Under the pieces are notes generated by a model. That model was not told where the DNA came from and did not search any database. It saw nothing but the letters and a program-made list of their open reading frames with translations. 64,000 bases of DNA from Macrostomum hystrix (lineage: Eukaryota; Animalia; Platyhelminthes): NCBI GenBank assembly GCA_950097015.1, contig CATNEN010000003.1, forward strand, positions 9,796,001-9,860,000. The letters are read 5' to 3'. The position numbers and the translations under genes were made by a program. Shown here in pieces: positions 50,296 to 63,556 of the stretch. The first letter of the stretch is position 1. The number at the start of each line of letters is the position of its first letter.

Positions 50296-52159
50296 GCAGT
50301 CACGAGAAATTGACTCGCAAATAGAAGAGAAAAATATATGTTGCCAAATTTTCCCAATAAAGTAACATCAAAGTGACAAATATACAGGTTTACCTATACT
50401 GGCTAGTTTGCTAGCAGTTTATTCGAGAGTTATAAATTGGAGGAGCAACTTCATCCTCAAGACTTGTGCTTCAAGTTACGCAAAAATTTACATTAACCAG
50501 CCTATATAAAATATCCGGCTGAGGATTGCATCGTTTAAAGCACGTAATTACTGAAGTACTAGTAGTGTCTTTGAATGGGTCGAGAAGCTTTATTGGCACG
50601 TTACGAGGTAATCGTTAGTTTCAATTGAAAGTTCAGATATTGACATGCCGGCTTATTGCAGACAATGATAATTATAATGTTTTTTTATAGAAATAAACAC
50701 AAACGAAAAATAATAATATGATGATAACAAAGACCACGGGACAATTTAGGATTAGCTTGAAAAATACCATTTTTCTTACTTATTTAAAGTTAAGCCTGCT
50801 ATATTTAAGAAATGCACTCACTTTGGCGCCAGTGTAACTATAGTTTGTCACAGAGTATTTTAACAACGCATATTTAATTTGCCAAATTTAGCACATTTCT
50901 TTACGTAGCTCGTATCATTCAAAATTCAGGTTTTTGGCCAGTGAAAGAGGAAATTCAGAATACGACAAAAGGTGTTTGGAGTTTGATGTCCAGCTGAGAC
51001 GGCTAAAAATTGGAGATACCAAGGAAAAAATTAATTTGAGGTGAAAAAGTAAGGGAAGACAAAGTAGATAGGAAGGTGATAATAATGGGATAGCAATATA
51101 GCTGGTGCTATAACATGGATTAGGGGATAACATTCAAGCCGATGAGTTGACAACACGAGTTCAAATAAGCAAAGGGATTACATTAGAAGTACTTTCAAAG
51201 TGAGAATATATCAAGGACAGCCAAAGTAACGAGTAAATGACAAAATACTGAATATTATATTTTTTATGTATGCTTACTTCTTAGTAACTGCAAGGTTTGA
51301 TTGCTAGTGCAGACGCTCTGAAGTGACAGCTTAGTATATATTAAAATTATTCTACTTTGATTAAAATCTGATGGACACACAAAACCGCCCATCACTCTTG
51401 CTTTTGGTTAATCAAAGATCGGAGTTTACATATGAGATCGCAAGAATTTGAGTATGGCGCTTGGCGATGAAATTTCTGCACCTTTATAGCTGGTCCTGGT
51501 AAATATTGTTTGAGCTGAGAATTTGTTGATTAAATACGCGGGTCACGCTTTTAATCGAAAATATGTTAGAAATTTGATTCCTGAGCAGGAAAATTGTTTA
51601 TATATGTTTTTGCGTTTTGGCAAATAAAACTTTTTCCAGTTATATTCCTCGTGGCTTTCAGCAAATCAAGGTACCATTTTTTAGCAACTGAAGCCAATTT
51701 TTTGGAGATATGATTCGTAAATGTACCCTGCTGTTTCAGTCACGGTAATAATGCATCGACTTACGATGGGTATTTTTAACTCGTCCTATATAGAGTTTCC
51801 GAAAAGACGCGAAAAATGCCGTGAAGCTCATGCAGTGCAGCCCATGAAAGTCAAAACAAATTAACGCTGAAATCATAACGATAGAATAACCGACAATCTA
51901 ATAAACGTCACTACCGCAAGCAATGCGATTGAATTGCACGAGGAACTCGAAAAATTGTTATTGTCGTCCTTTTTTATTTAACGAGTCTGACAATAAGTGC
52001 ATTAGTATATTCAATCGGAGGCTATGACATTTTTTTATTTCTGTCGTGCCTAGCTTACGAAAGTGAATTTAGTCTATACGAGACTTAAAAACATTATTCA
52101 GGCTGATTTGTGACAATGTATAAATTCTTTTCTCCGCGGTTGTAACTGTAAAAAACCAA

Positions 52160-52438
52160 TCACTTTTCGGTCATATCAATGCTGCTAGTCGAGACAATCT
52201 GTAAACATTTCATCTGCTGTTTGCAGCATGTCAGAGCGCGGATGAAATAGTCATTGTTGACAATGCTGCAGCAGCCAGGTCGTTGGCGACAATCAAAGAT
52301 GCAGACATTGCTGCCCAGTGAGCTACATGCTAGCGTAATTGCTGTGTTGATCTTCGTTGAATTCAGCTGACCATTTGAAACCAGACTAATCGAAAGCAGC
52401 AACAGGAATCGAATCTGAACCCTTGTAGTTGATGCCAT
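52160..52438 (-). CDS. Putative small secreted cysteine-rich protein (92 aa, 8 Cys), possibly a divergent PAN/Apple
   Basis: ATG start, signal-like RFLLLLSISLVSNG-Q, pattern C-x7-C-x3-C-x5-CC-x13-CC-x5-C, and higher GC than its flanks. Confidence 0.55.
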   Translation of the reverse strand: MASTTRVQIRFLLLLSISLVSNGQLNSTKINTAITLACSSLGSNVCIFDCRQRPGCCSIVNNDYFIRALTCCKQQMKCLQIVSTSSIDMTEK

Positions 52439-53905
52439 TTAATTTACCGTATTGATCCTATCTGCTTCGGATTCTTTAGGGATGGCTGTAAAATCAGTAA
52501 TAGCGACTTTTCACTTAATAAAAATGCTGCTTCTAATAGCACAAAATCATCGCAAGTCTTACCTTAAGCCACAGTAAAAATCAAAATACCGATTTCACAG
52601 AGCTGCAACTGATGAAAAATGAAGCGTTGAATCCTGAAGTTATAGATTTTGGACTCAGAGATTTTCGCTGAAATAAACCAACTTGACTTTCTCGCATTCA
52701 AATTTAAGCACATCTTTGTGAGGGGAAATTAGCGTTTCTTTTTTTGAACGAAAAAAATCAACTTTTTCGTGATTTTTTTGTTGCAATTGCTGCGATTGTG
52801 TATGCTTCTTTAAGCCAAATTGCTTTTATTCAGTCACGTAAAGTACAGTTCGCACACGCTTCTCTATAATTCTACGATTTTTGTAACACTTTTTCAATAA
52901 AAAGTTAGCCTTTCAGACAGATTGACTTCAAGTCAACCATAGTCTGGAATCAAAATTCTATTCACACAGTAACAAAAGCAAAGTTTAAACAAGTGTAGGA
53001 AACACACGTGCTGTAAACATGTTGATACGATGACTTAAAATGTTTTGCGGATCAAAACAACTTGATACGAAACGAAATGTCGAACTAGAACTACATGCGT
53101 GGGCTACAATATACTCATTTGAGCAACCACTTAATTTGGATAAAAAGCTGTTGAACAAATATACATAACTAGGATCTCTCACAACAGATTTCTGTGTCAA
53201 AGAAGGTAATTGCTTCTAATAGATCATCTGTAGTCTGTAGATCAGCTGGCATGCAATTATTGGTCCATTTAGAATCAATTATACGAGAATTCTTCTCGTA
53301 TAATAGACCAATCATAGATGACTTCTGCGCCAGGAAAACCACTGAAGCACTAGCAAAGTACATCATAGATATATCTGGAATAAGAGCAGCTGCCCTGAAG
53401 CAACTAACATTAAAATAATTATCAGGACGTTATATTATTATATTTGATTCCTGTGTTGTCCATCGCGTTTTTACTCTTATTTTAAACTCCCATGCACTTC
53501 CTTCACCGGTTAAATAATTTTCTATTTATTACATCACTTCGTTTTTCTTCTTTTTCGATTAATTATCGAATATATATATTAATAAATCAGCACCCATAGA
53601 TGGCGTGCGAGTTTAAAATCAATAAAATATAATCAAATATAATAAAAAGTTTCTAAATTCATAGAAAATAAATTAGAAAGCCGATGCTTTTTTGAGCATT
53701 TTAATTAAGCGAATAAATATATTTAAGATGGCTTGTAAGTTTTATTTGTTTGTTTCTTCCAAATTCATTCATTGTACTATAGCAGCGGTGAGCTGTATTG
53801 CAATAGCAAAGACTACTGATACTATATTTACTATATTTATACTATTTATATTTATATTTAAATCTATCTATATAGCTCGTACTATATTTAGATAAGTAAA
53901 TATAG

Positions 53906-54570
53906 TGTGACGTTGTCACTTGTTGAAAGCGCCCCTAGCAATTTAATTTACGTGTTAATTTACATAGCTAATTTACGTGTATACTAACTAGGGCCGTTTT
54001 ACTGATGTCATCTGGTTTTCACCCTATTCTCAGTTTCGTATGGTTAAGCTGTAATTCTTAGAGTGTTACTGTTAGTAGGCGTTAGTGCACATCGCGCTGC
54101 CACAGCTTGGTTTTGCTAATGTTTAAATTGTCGTCTGCCCAGACCAGTGTACTTACACGCTCATTGGCTGGAGCCAGTTTCGAGAGTTATCGATCGCCCT
54201 GTTCTGCAGTTTACTAAGATTATTTAACTAAGGGCTTTAGGCCCGCTCGCGCTCCACCTTGCCTCGCCCCACTGGTTCTGAGTCTGTGCTGGCTCTCGTT
54301 CTGGTTCTCGTGCTTGTCCTGTCCTGTCCGGTTCTAGTTCTTGTTATCTCGCCTTATCTTCTCGTTGTCCACTTCGCCTCGCCGTGCTGTCATTGCTATT
54401 ACTATTATTGAGCTCCTGCACCTTACTTTCTTCGCCCTGCTTGTCGTGCATCCCAGTGCACCACGTTAATAAAGTGCTACCGCTACACCACAGAATTGAA
54501 CTGACTCCAGACTGAAGTGAACTTTAATTGCCGCCGCCACGGACTCTGTCTTCGTCATTTAATCGTCACA
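53906..54570 (+). mobile_element. Solo LTR (665 bp)
   Basis: TGTGACG...CGTCACA termini, 4-bp TSD ATAG (53902-53905 and 54571-54574), internal AATAAA at ~54468. Confidence 0.88.
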
Positions 54571-54768
54571 ATAGTATCTGTGGCAGAGAGTTGTCAAGAA
54601 GAAAAACACCTGCACCCACCTAAACTTTATTAAATTTTACGAGAGTATTTTTAATCCGTATTGATCGAATATGAGAAGAATGGGTCAATAATTTATTCAA
54701 TAAAAAAACTAGAGTAATATTTAAAGAACAAACATTGAATCAGCAAATAATCATCAAGTATTTATTAT

Positions 54769-57700
54769 CTAGCAGGGAATGGAACGGTCACCAGATCTCA
54801 TATTTTTCATGCCGCATATGAATTGTCGTTTACAGTCGCCAATGCATGGCTGATAAGGATTGGCCAGGTTTGACTTGTGATAGAATCTGCGGACAGTGTT
54901 GACGCGTTTTATCAGGTATTTTGGCGCGAATTCAAATATTAATTTAGTGCCATTAAAATTTCATTTACTTTATTATAGTTGCTTTTCAAGTTTAATTTTC
55001 GTTTTGCTTTTCTTGCTTTTACTAAGGCTCATGACATATAAAAAATAACATTTAACAGTTTACCTGTAGTACAACTGAAACAATGCATCACTCTGCTCAA
55101 ATCGTTTGATTAAATCGGCCCACTCATTTGGAAACGTGTTACTCAGACCGTAGTCTTTCTGTAAATTTATAAAAGCTTTTCAGTAAACATTCCGTACAAA
55201 AATAAATAAAAGAATACTAACTTGCTACTCACAGTAGGCTGATATTCCAGTACCCAATTAGGGTCGCGCCATTGGCCAGCTACATTGGCCTCAGTCAGGT
55301 TAAATATGTAGTTGTAGTAGTCCAGCACTTGCTGCAAGAAAATTGTACATACATGGTCGTCACAATCCTGACAGAGTGATAACCTGGAGAGAGTGACAAT
55401 CTGGAGAGAGTGAAAATCTGGGGAGAGTGATAATCTGGAGAGAGTGACAATCTGGAGAGAGTGAAAATCTGGGGAGAGTGACAATCTGAAGAGAGTGACA
55501 ATCTGGGGAGAGTGACAATCTGGAGAGAGTGACAATCTGGAGAGAGTGAAAATCCGGACAGAGTGATAATCCGGAGAGAGTGACAATCTGGAGAGAGTGA
55601 CAATCTGGAGAGAGTGAAAATCCGGACAGAGTGATAATCCGGAGAGAGTGACAATCTGGAGAGAGTGACAATCTGGGGAGAGTGACAATCTGAAGAGAGT
55701 GACAATCTGGGGAGAGTGACAATCTGGAGAGAGTGAAAATCCGGACAGAGTGATAATCTGTAGAGAGTGACAATCTGAAGAGAGTGACAATCTGGAGAGA
55801 GTGACAATCTGGGTAGAGTGACAAAACCGGAGAGAGTGACAATCTGGAAAGAGTGAAAATCTGGGGAGAGTGACAATCTGAAGAGAGTGACAATCTGGGG
55901 AGAGTGAAAATCTGGGGAGAGTGACAATCTGAAGAGAGTGACAATCTGAAGAGAGTGACAATCCGGAGAGAGTGACAATCTGGAGAGAGTGAAAATCTGG
56001 GGAGAGTGACAATCTGAAGAGAGTAACAATCTGGGGAGAGTGACAATCTGGAGAGAGTGAAAATCTGGGGAGAGTGACAATCTGAAGAGAGTGACAATCT
56101 GGGGAGAGTGACAATCTGGAGAGAGTGACAATCTGGAGAGAGTGACAATCTGGGTAGAGTGAAAACCTGTCAAGAGAGTGACAACCGTTTACGAGACGGA
56201 GAATCTGCAGAGAGAGAGTGACAATCAGAAGAGAGAGAGTGACAATCTGGTGAGAAAATGGTAATAACTGCACAACATCGGCACTACACTACACTGCACT
56301 AGAATACCTACCCAAGACGCATTTGAATATCCACCGTCGACTTCGTACACTCTGTAGCTGGGATTGTCGTCGGTTTTCAGGCTGCCAACAATATAGGCTG
56401 TGGCGAAGGCTCGAGTTGTGTTATCCGGGTCGAAATACACCCCGAGCTGGTCGTGATGAGTGTGACCGAAGAAGTGACCGGTAATGGTTGACTCGTACCT
56501 GTCATGAGTAGTGACGTACTCATTTCTATTATTGTGGTGATATATTTTAACGTTTCGTCAGCTGATCTTTGATGGATCAGAGAGCTCCTGGATGGTGTGG
56601 GATCTTATCAGCTGATCGATTATGGATAAGAGAGCTCCTGGATGGTGTGGGATCTTATCAGCTGATCGATTATGGATAAGAGAGCTCCTGGATGATGTGG
56701 GATCTTATCAGCTGATCGATGATGGATCAGAGAGCTCCTGGATGGTGTGGGATCTTATCAGCTGATCGATTATGGATAAGAGAGCTCCTGGATGGTGTGG
56801 TATCTTATCAGCTGATCGATTATGGATAAGAGAGCTCCTGGATGGTGTGGGATCTTATCAGCTGATCGATTATGGATAAGAGAGCTCCTGGATGATGTGG
56901 GATCTTATCAGCTGATCGATTATGGATAAGAGAGCTCCTGGATGGTGTGGGATCTTATCAGCTGATCGATTTTGGATCAGAGAGCTCCTGGATGGTGTGG
57001 GATCTTATCAGCTGATCGATTATGGATAAGAGAGCTCCTGGATGGTGTGGGAACTCATCAGATGATCGATTATAGATCAGGGAGCTCCTGGATCGTGTGG
57101 GATTTCTTCAGCCCTTCCCTACTTTGCTGAGGAGTATTAATTAGTCTAAATTATTTTTGCTCACCTCTTAGCAATTTTGAAGTAATTCCAAGAATAGCCC
57201 TTGATTAGCTCCGAGGACGGAATGTGTCCCAAGATGTGCACTTTTTCATTATTAGTTTCGGCACTTTGCAGCACATCAATTAGCCACTGAAGCTGATCGT
57301 CCGGGTCCGTTATGTTCTGCAGAATCCACCTGATTTTATTCATCGAATCAAGCAGTTAGCATAGCCTATTCCTTGAACTAAATACATGAATAAATAGGCA
57401 TGTAAATTAACGCACCAATTCAAATTGTTGCCGTAGTTGAGGTTCAGAGAAACGACACGAAATCCGGGGTAAAGAAGTTGAGTGAAATAACCGCCTCTAA
57501 AAGTTGCCAAAATACCTTGGCTTAGGAATCTGCTAGAAAGGTTTCATATTGTTCACATATTTTTTAAAATGACTCACTTGAGTACATTAGCCTTCTGGTC
57601 AGCGGGTACCCACGGAGAAAGGAACTCCCACAGCGCTGGATAGTACCAATCCATTGAATCGTTGCCTTTTATATAGCGCGGCGGAAAGCTATAGAAGCGT

Positions 57701-60700
57701 GTTAGGGTGAAGCTATGCGCGAAGTTTTTAACGAAAAAAATACAAACGCTTTGTCTTTGTCATCAAGTATATTCATTACATTTAAAGGCTGGAATGTATA
57801 TACCGTCGTTTGGTAGAACCGCCTGCTGTATATGCTACTATTTTTAGCATCGTGGTGTCACACATGGTGCTATTTTTAGCATCAAGGTCAATAGTAGCAC
57901 GCATGGCTTGCATGATAGTTTTGAACCATTGAATTTCAAAAAAAGCCCACAATATCTAGAGGAAGTCTGTAACCCTGACTTATTCAAGCAATAAATTATA
58001 CTCGAAAAAAACTCGGTCAGCCGATAGCGCTCACCTGTTCACCGGCACACTTTCATGATTGCCAAGGGCAGCCACAAACGGCAGACCTGGAAAGTACTTT
58101 CTAATCAGAGCGGTGAAATTGCGATAGACTTCGACCTGCTGCTGGCGTGTCTGCTCCCAAACATGATGATCTGGGAGGTCGCCGGTGAAATAGATTGCAT
58201 CAAACTGACCGATATGCAAGTTTCAAGAAGGTATAAATTTATTTTAATTTAGCACGCTGCTGCGAGTTCGAAAACTTTATTACGCTCACTTTTTCAGTTC
58301 GATTAAGTTGATTAAAAATCCGGTCCAGTGACCACCAAGGCAGGTCGCAGTTGTAATCACCCCAGTAGGCAGCTTTACGCTTTGATGTACCTGAGAAAAA
58401 TGCACGCATGCTACTTTTCTGGTTCGTCTGAGACTATCTTTTGGAAAATAAAATCTAGACACTGGAATTGCCACACCAATGCTTAAATGAAGCTGACATA
58501 GAGATAGCATGAAGCTGACATGGAGATAGCATGAAGCTGACATAGAGATAGCATGAAGCTGACATGGAGATAGCATGAAGCTGACATGGAGATAGCATGA
58601 AGCTGACATGGAGATAGCATGAAGCTGACATGGAGATAGCATGAAGCTGACATGGAGATAGCATGAAGCTGACATGGAGATAGCATGAAGCTGACATGGA
58701 GATAGCATGAAGCTGACATAGAGATAGCATGAAGCTGACATGGAGATAGCATGAAGCTGACATAGAGATAGCATGAAGCTGACATGGAGATAGCATGAAG
58801 CTGACATGGAGATAGCATGAAGCTGACATGGAGATAGCATGAAGCTGACATGGAGATAGCATGAAGCTGACATGGAGATAGCATGAAGCTGACATGGAGA
58901 TGTCGTGAAGTCGACATAGAGTGCTTCATCAGCCACACGCTAGTCATCAGCCGTCCTGCCAAATCCCGTCCCTCACGGGGATCTCCGTCGCTAAACCGGC
59001 AGCACGTGGGCAGGCCGCAGTCAGCACTGGCTCCCAGTCGGTACAACATGTCGACATGCACATCGCTGATGTGAGCCACTCGTAGCCGTTGACTTCCCGG
59101 CGTCGGTGGCACGATCGGTTTCACTGGCGGCTTCGGAACCGACGGCAGAGTGACATTCCAGAAATAGTTTAACTCGGGTATAGTCGCATTAGAGCAAGCA
59201 CTGCCGAGGTATTGGCCGCACACATTGTCCGGGGACAGGTATATCTTGTCTATCGCGAATGCGAAAATTGGCTGTGGAATTTGTCAGGTAAAACACACCT
59301 CTTAAATTTGCTAATAATATTGATAATGTTAATATTGATTTTGATACTCTCATTTTGATATATTGATATTGTCACTCTCTCCCCACTAAATTGCGATGCT
59401 ATTGTCCACTCCCAATATGTCTCTTTTCAGGTCTCTGCACTTGGTGGGGAGGGGCCCATTGTGTATGCCTGTGCGTTTGATTCTATTGTCTGCCTGTTAA
59501 TTGCTAGGGTGCCTGCTTCACGTGATCCTTGGAGGACAGTGCCTATTTACTTGCACTTACCACTCATGTCTATTTTAAGCAACAAGTCTGCCTGTCTTAG
59601 GATCGTTTCTCCTACTAATGTTTTACGTATGCCTGACGTCAGTTTCTATTTTTAGCAACAGACCCTTGGTTTTGGGTCTGCTGTCTGACGTCAGTTTCTA
59701 ATTATAGAAACCACGTGATGCGCCCGCTACCCCTACTTCTGTCTGCACTATATTAACTGTGCCCCGCTAAGGCCGAGACCAGAGTGTTGTCTATATTTTC
59801 TTAGTCTCCGGTTATAGTGTGACCTTTTATTCTGTCCATTTCGGGTGTGCCTGTGTGCCAGCTAAATTTTGTTCGGAAACCTACAATAAACTGCAATCGC
59901 CTCTAACTACAAGATCCAGTTGAGGGTGGCTGACGATCCTGTTGAGGGTGAATTATTCCCTTCGAGTGCGAACAACTCACTGACCGCGATGCTAGAACCT
60001 TCAGTGCACTCTCGTGGCAGCCTACTACGCCACTTTTTTGACATTCAACCCGGCTTCAGATTGGAGCCGCCTGTCTTGATCTCTGTTGTCAACGGGCATG
60101 CACTTTAGCAACATATTTGTCCCTGTGTCCTTCTCATCTCACTCAACTCAAACACAATTAGCAAAAGTCTCACACGCCAGAGAGTAACAACACCGTCGCA
60201 GACTTGAGTGGCCTCTTTAAACTTGATGATGCACACTATTTTGGCTATTTCCGGTACATAGCTTGTCTCTGAAAAACGGCATTTAAAGGTTGTGAAAGTT
60301 GTGTTATCTGCTGCTTCGATATAACTACACACTTTACTATAGGACGTAAGAGTATGAAGTGTCCATTGTAGAAAACTAGCAAATGACTTCAGGCTTATCA
60401 GGCTTATAAGTTCGTTTAAAATTTTTGTAGTTATCTGAAGCATACAAGCTACCTGAAGCAAACTGAACGAGCGTAGCTTTCGTAAGTGCAAGCTAGGCTA
60501 TAAATGAGTTGCCTGATGGCTACTGCCTAAAATTAAAGGTTTGTCTGGATGTATCAAACTGAAAGTTACCATTTGATTGAAGCTATAGAAATGAAGCTGT
60601 TATATGGATAGATTAGAAACATTACAGTATCTAATGATTTGATAATTAAATATATAACATAAATATCACAATACATGTAGTAAAGAAATAATATACTGTA

Positions 60701-61157
60701 CATGTACGCCTGCTGTAGATGAAAGTTTTGCATGCTGTTGTCAAGTAAATAATAATAGCAATAATGCCGCAGGCGATTGCAGATCACTTGGAATACAATA
60801 GACCTTGCAGCCAGCGATGAGGCAATTCTGCCCATTCCGCTGACTACCGAGCACACTCGCACACAGATATGCTGTACGCAGGCACACACTCACCTAGGGT
60901 GTACATCTGCCCTGACTTTCTTATCTTCAGGCAGTGAACACTCTCACTGTATGCTCAACAGAGACCAACCTACCGCCAGCATCCAGTGCCTTTCTAGCCA
61001 GCACTACAAAGTCCTTGCAAAGCGAGCACTCGAGTCCTCGCAGTCGGCCGTGAGTAGACAGCCACCGGATTTCAGAAGCTGGCCTAGCTTCAGCAACTGC
61101 TGAGAGCAGGCAGATGCTGCAGGCTAGAAGAAGCCAAGACTTTAATTTCATGTCCAT
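54769..61157 (-). CDS. SMPD1: Acid sphingomyelinase (saposin B + metallophosphoesterase). Exons 61157-60974, 60268-60174, 59271-58977, 58390-58290, 58204-58035, 57688-57578, 57496-57416, 57329-57165, 56498-56312, 55331-55233, 55158-55064, 54886-54769
   Basis: Signal peptide; saposin Cys (CSLC..VC..VCDG..VCG..C); Pro-rich linker; HISDVHVD, CGLPTCCR, YWGDYNCDLP, FTGDLPDH, LGNHESVPVN, HILGHIP, FFGHTH and NPSYRVY. All junctions are GT-AG with consistent phases. Confidence 0.95.
55372..56250. repeat. 17-bp minisatellite (agagtgacaatctggag) in an SMPD1 intron
   Basis: About 50 copies. Confidence 0.97.
56558..57110. repeat. 60-bp tandem repeat in an SMPD1 intron
   Basis: About 9 copies of agagctcctggatggtgtgggatcttatcagctgatcgattatggataag-type units. 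Confidence 0.95.
58488..58901. repeat. 22-bp minisatellite (gaagctgacatggagatagcat) in an SMPD1 intron
   Basis: About 19 near-identical copies. Confidence 0.97.
60775..60950 (-). mobile_element. 5'-truncated SINE family 2 copy in SMPD1 intron 1
   Basis: Its reverse complement matches 61815-61965 (acagtgagagtgt..aagaaagtcagggcagatgtac..tcgctggctgc). Confidence 0.75.
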
Positions 61158-61652
61158 GCAATAAAAATTGGTCGACCGAACGCTCTCACTTTTCTAAGTC
61201 AAAATTTGATACGAGCCAAATGTATAATTACGCAGTCTTGGCTTGCCAAGAACTAAGCTTTCAACGATAAAAATTGGGTACAAGATAACTACGAGTGATT
61301 TTCAGCGAATCTTTATAGTTGCGCAGTAAAGATTTCGCTGCTTTGCGCTTCACTATATGCAGCAGTCTAAAATTCGATAAGGAATTAAGGTGCTGAGGTG
61401 AGCAATTTCACTTGTGCTTTTAAGAAACTGACACAAACTAACATACTGCATACGGCCATACGTCATACGCCTGGTCCAATAGAGTGTAAACACATGTACA
61501 GCAGAAACTTTACGTGAAGTGCATGGGCAGTAACGCAAAAATGCACATTCACTTATAGATTGTAGCTGCCTTGAAATCGACATAATGTTTAAATAATGCA
61601 CGTGCAAATAATTAAAGCGGAACTTCAAAACAAACCTAATGGTAAGTTGCAC

Positions 61653-61965
61653 GGAGGGTCAGTTGCAGAGTGGTTAAGGCAGTCTGCCTCTCGCACCAAG
61701 GTCCCTCAGCTCGTTTCCGCGGCGAGGCCACATTCATTCGGGGCGCAGCCGCGGAGAGAAGGCTTGGGCGGCTTGTCATGCAGTTTACGCCCTTTGAGGG
61801 CCAACCTCCAAGGCACAGTGAGAGTGTACACTGCCTGACAATGAGAAAGTCAGGGCAGATGTACAAACCTGTGTGAGTGTGCTCAGGAGTTAGCGAAATG
61901 GGAATAATTGCTTCCTCGCTGGCTGCGGGTCTAGTGTCACCCAATGATTGCTCGCAGCCCTCCTG
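61653..61965 (+). mobile_element. tRNA-derived SINE (family 2), longer copy upstream of SMPD1
   Basis: Aligns with 34460-34690; A-box-like ttgcagagtgg. Confidence 0.85.
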
Positions 61966-62599
61966 CAATTAGCATGTCCATTTTTTAAGGTAGATGGCTT
62001 ACTAATGTAGTGAATCCGTCGTCAGCAAATTTTATCTTAAGAAAACAAGATCACCTTCGTAATTCAAGAAGTTAGTGGAATTGGAATAATGCTTTGTATT
62101 ATCCAACTGTTGTAGTAACTTTTGTGTGATTTTATCATGGTCTTATAGCTGTAATTCATCTAGGTTGGTATTTTTTTGTAAGGACGCTTCCTTACAAATC
62201 GATGTAGATTTTGCTGGAAATTTGTCTTTTTCAGCGAGACATTTTATACTTCATGGACTGAAAAGCTACACACAGTCTTTGGGAGCGCCGTGGAAAGGGT
62301 GTGGCTGTGAACATCTGGCCCAACTGGGTAGCTAGGCTGTGTTATTTAATCTATCTAGATGTAAAAGTGCTACCCAATTTATCCACGCAGTCAATTGACT
62401 CGTTTATGATCTATTTTTTAGCTCATTGGAAACCCTGGCGCGAAACACTAGCCAATGAGAATTCGCGACCTTGAATCACGTGGGTCATGCATGAATGTAT
62501 AAGCTTGTATGGTGATTGGTAAGCAGTGAATAACTAAATAATAAACGCTGTTTAATTCACATTCTGTGGTTAGAATAGTATATCACCTTTTCCCGTTTC

Positions 62600-63556
62600 C
62601 CTTCTGGGTCGAGCCGTCGACGATCCGGACCAGGTTGCTAGGACAATTTTGGCCATAATGGTAAAGCCATTACTTGTGGAAAACCGTTTGTAGTCCGACT
62701 ATTGCCGACATACATTTTGTCTGCGGAGTTTCTGCGAAAATGCGTCAGCCAATGTATTAAAGCAATTAACAACAACGGTGGCCGTGTCGTTGCTCTCGTC
62801 AGCGACAATCACCCTACCAACCGCAAGTGTTTTGCTTTATTTAGCGATGGAAGAGATAAGCCATGGATTGGAACGGATGCTGCACAGGAGTCAGAATTCT
62901 TCATGCTGTTCGATTTCGTTCACATTATCAAATGCATTCGCAACAATTGGCAAATGGAAGCGAATGGAATTCTAAGCATTCAACCTCCTGGCGCTGACAG
63001 ACAGATATCCGCTAAATGGTCAGACGTGGTACGCCTGTACCAAATGGAGAAAGACCACGTAGTCAAGCGCACATGTCTAACTCATGAGGCCTGTTATCCC
63101 ACAAGCATTCAGAAAACTAAAGTCAGTCTCGCTCTCCAAGTTCTCGATGAAAGGGTTGCCGCTGCATTGAGTGTGATGGATACTCAGACACTGCGGAATT
63201 TATCAAAACCATAGTGAGATTCTGGAAAATTGTCAATTGTAAAAATCCTGATCTACACACACGCATGGGATCCGGACAGGCGACCAGTCTATTCCGTTCA
63301 AGATGAAAGCATACAATTTTTAGCGCGCTCGCGGATTCGTTTAATTCGACACATTGTGGAAACGGCCGAGCTCGCCATCATTCATTGACGCCCGAGACCA
63401 AGTCAGCGCTAGTAAACTCACTGCGCGGAGCCTGTGAGATGTGTGAGGTTCTTTTGTCCGACCCACGAATCAGCTACGTTCTGCTGGCTGACTTTCACAG
63501 TGATCCACTTGAGGCTGAGTTTGGCGTGTATCGCCAAATGAGCGGCGGCAACTATC
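62600..63556 (+). mobile_element. P-element/THAP9-like transposase pseudogene
   Basis: VVALVSDNHPTNR, LFDFVHIIKCIRNNW, AKWSDV..LY, KVSLALQV and SDPLEAEFGVYRQMSGGNY; several frameshifts. Confidence 0.85.

Noticed and set aside
52985-53418. Short overlapping ORFs between the Cys-rich gene and the solo LTR
   Set aside because: No recognisable motif or consistent splice model
59370-60113. Second solo LTR in SMPD1 intron 2
   Set aside because: LTR-like composition, TG...CA ends and an AATAAA are present, but no exact TSD or inverted termini could be fixed
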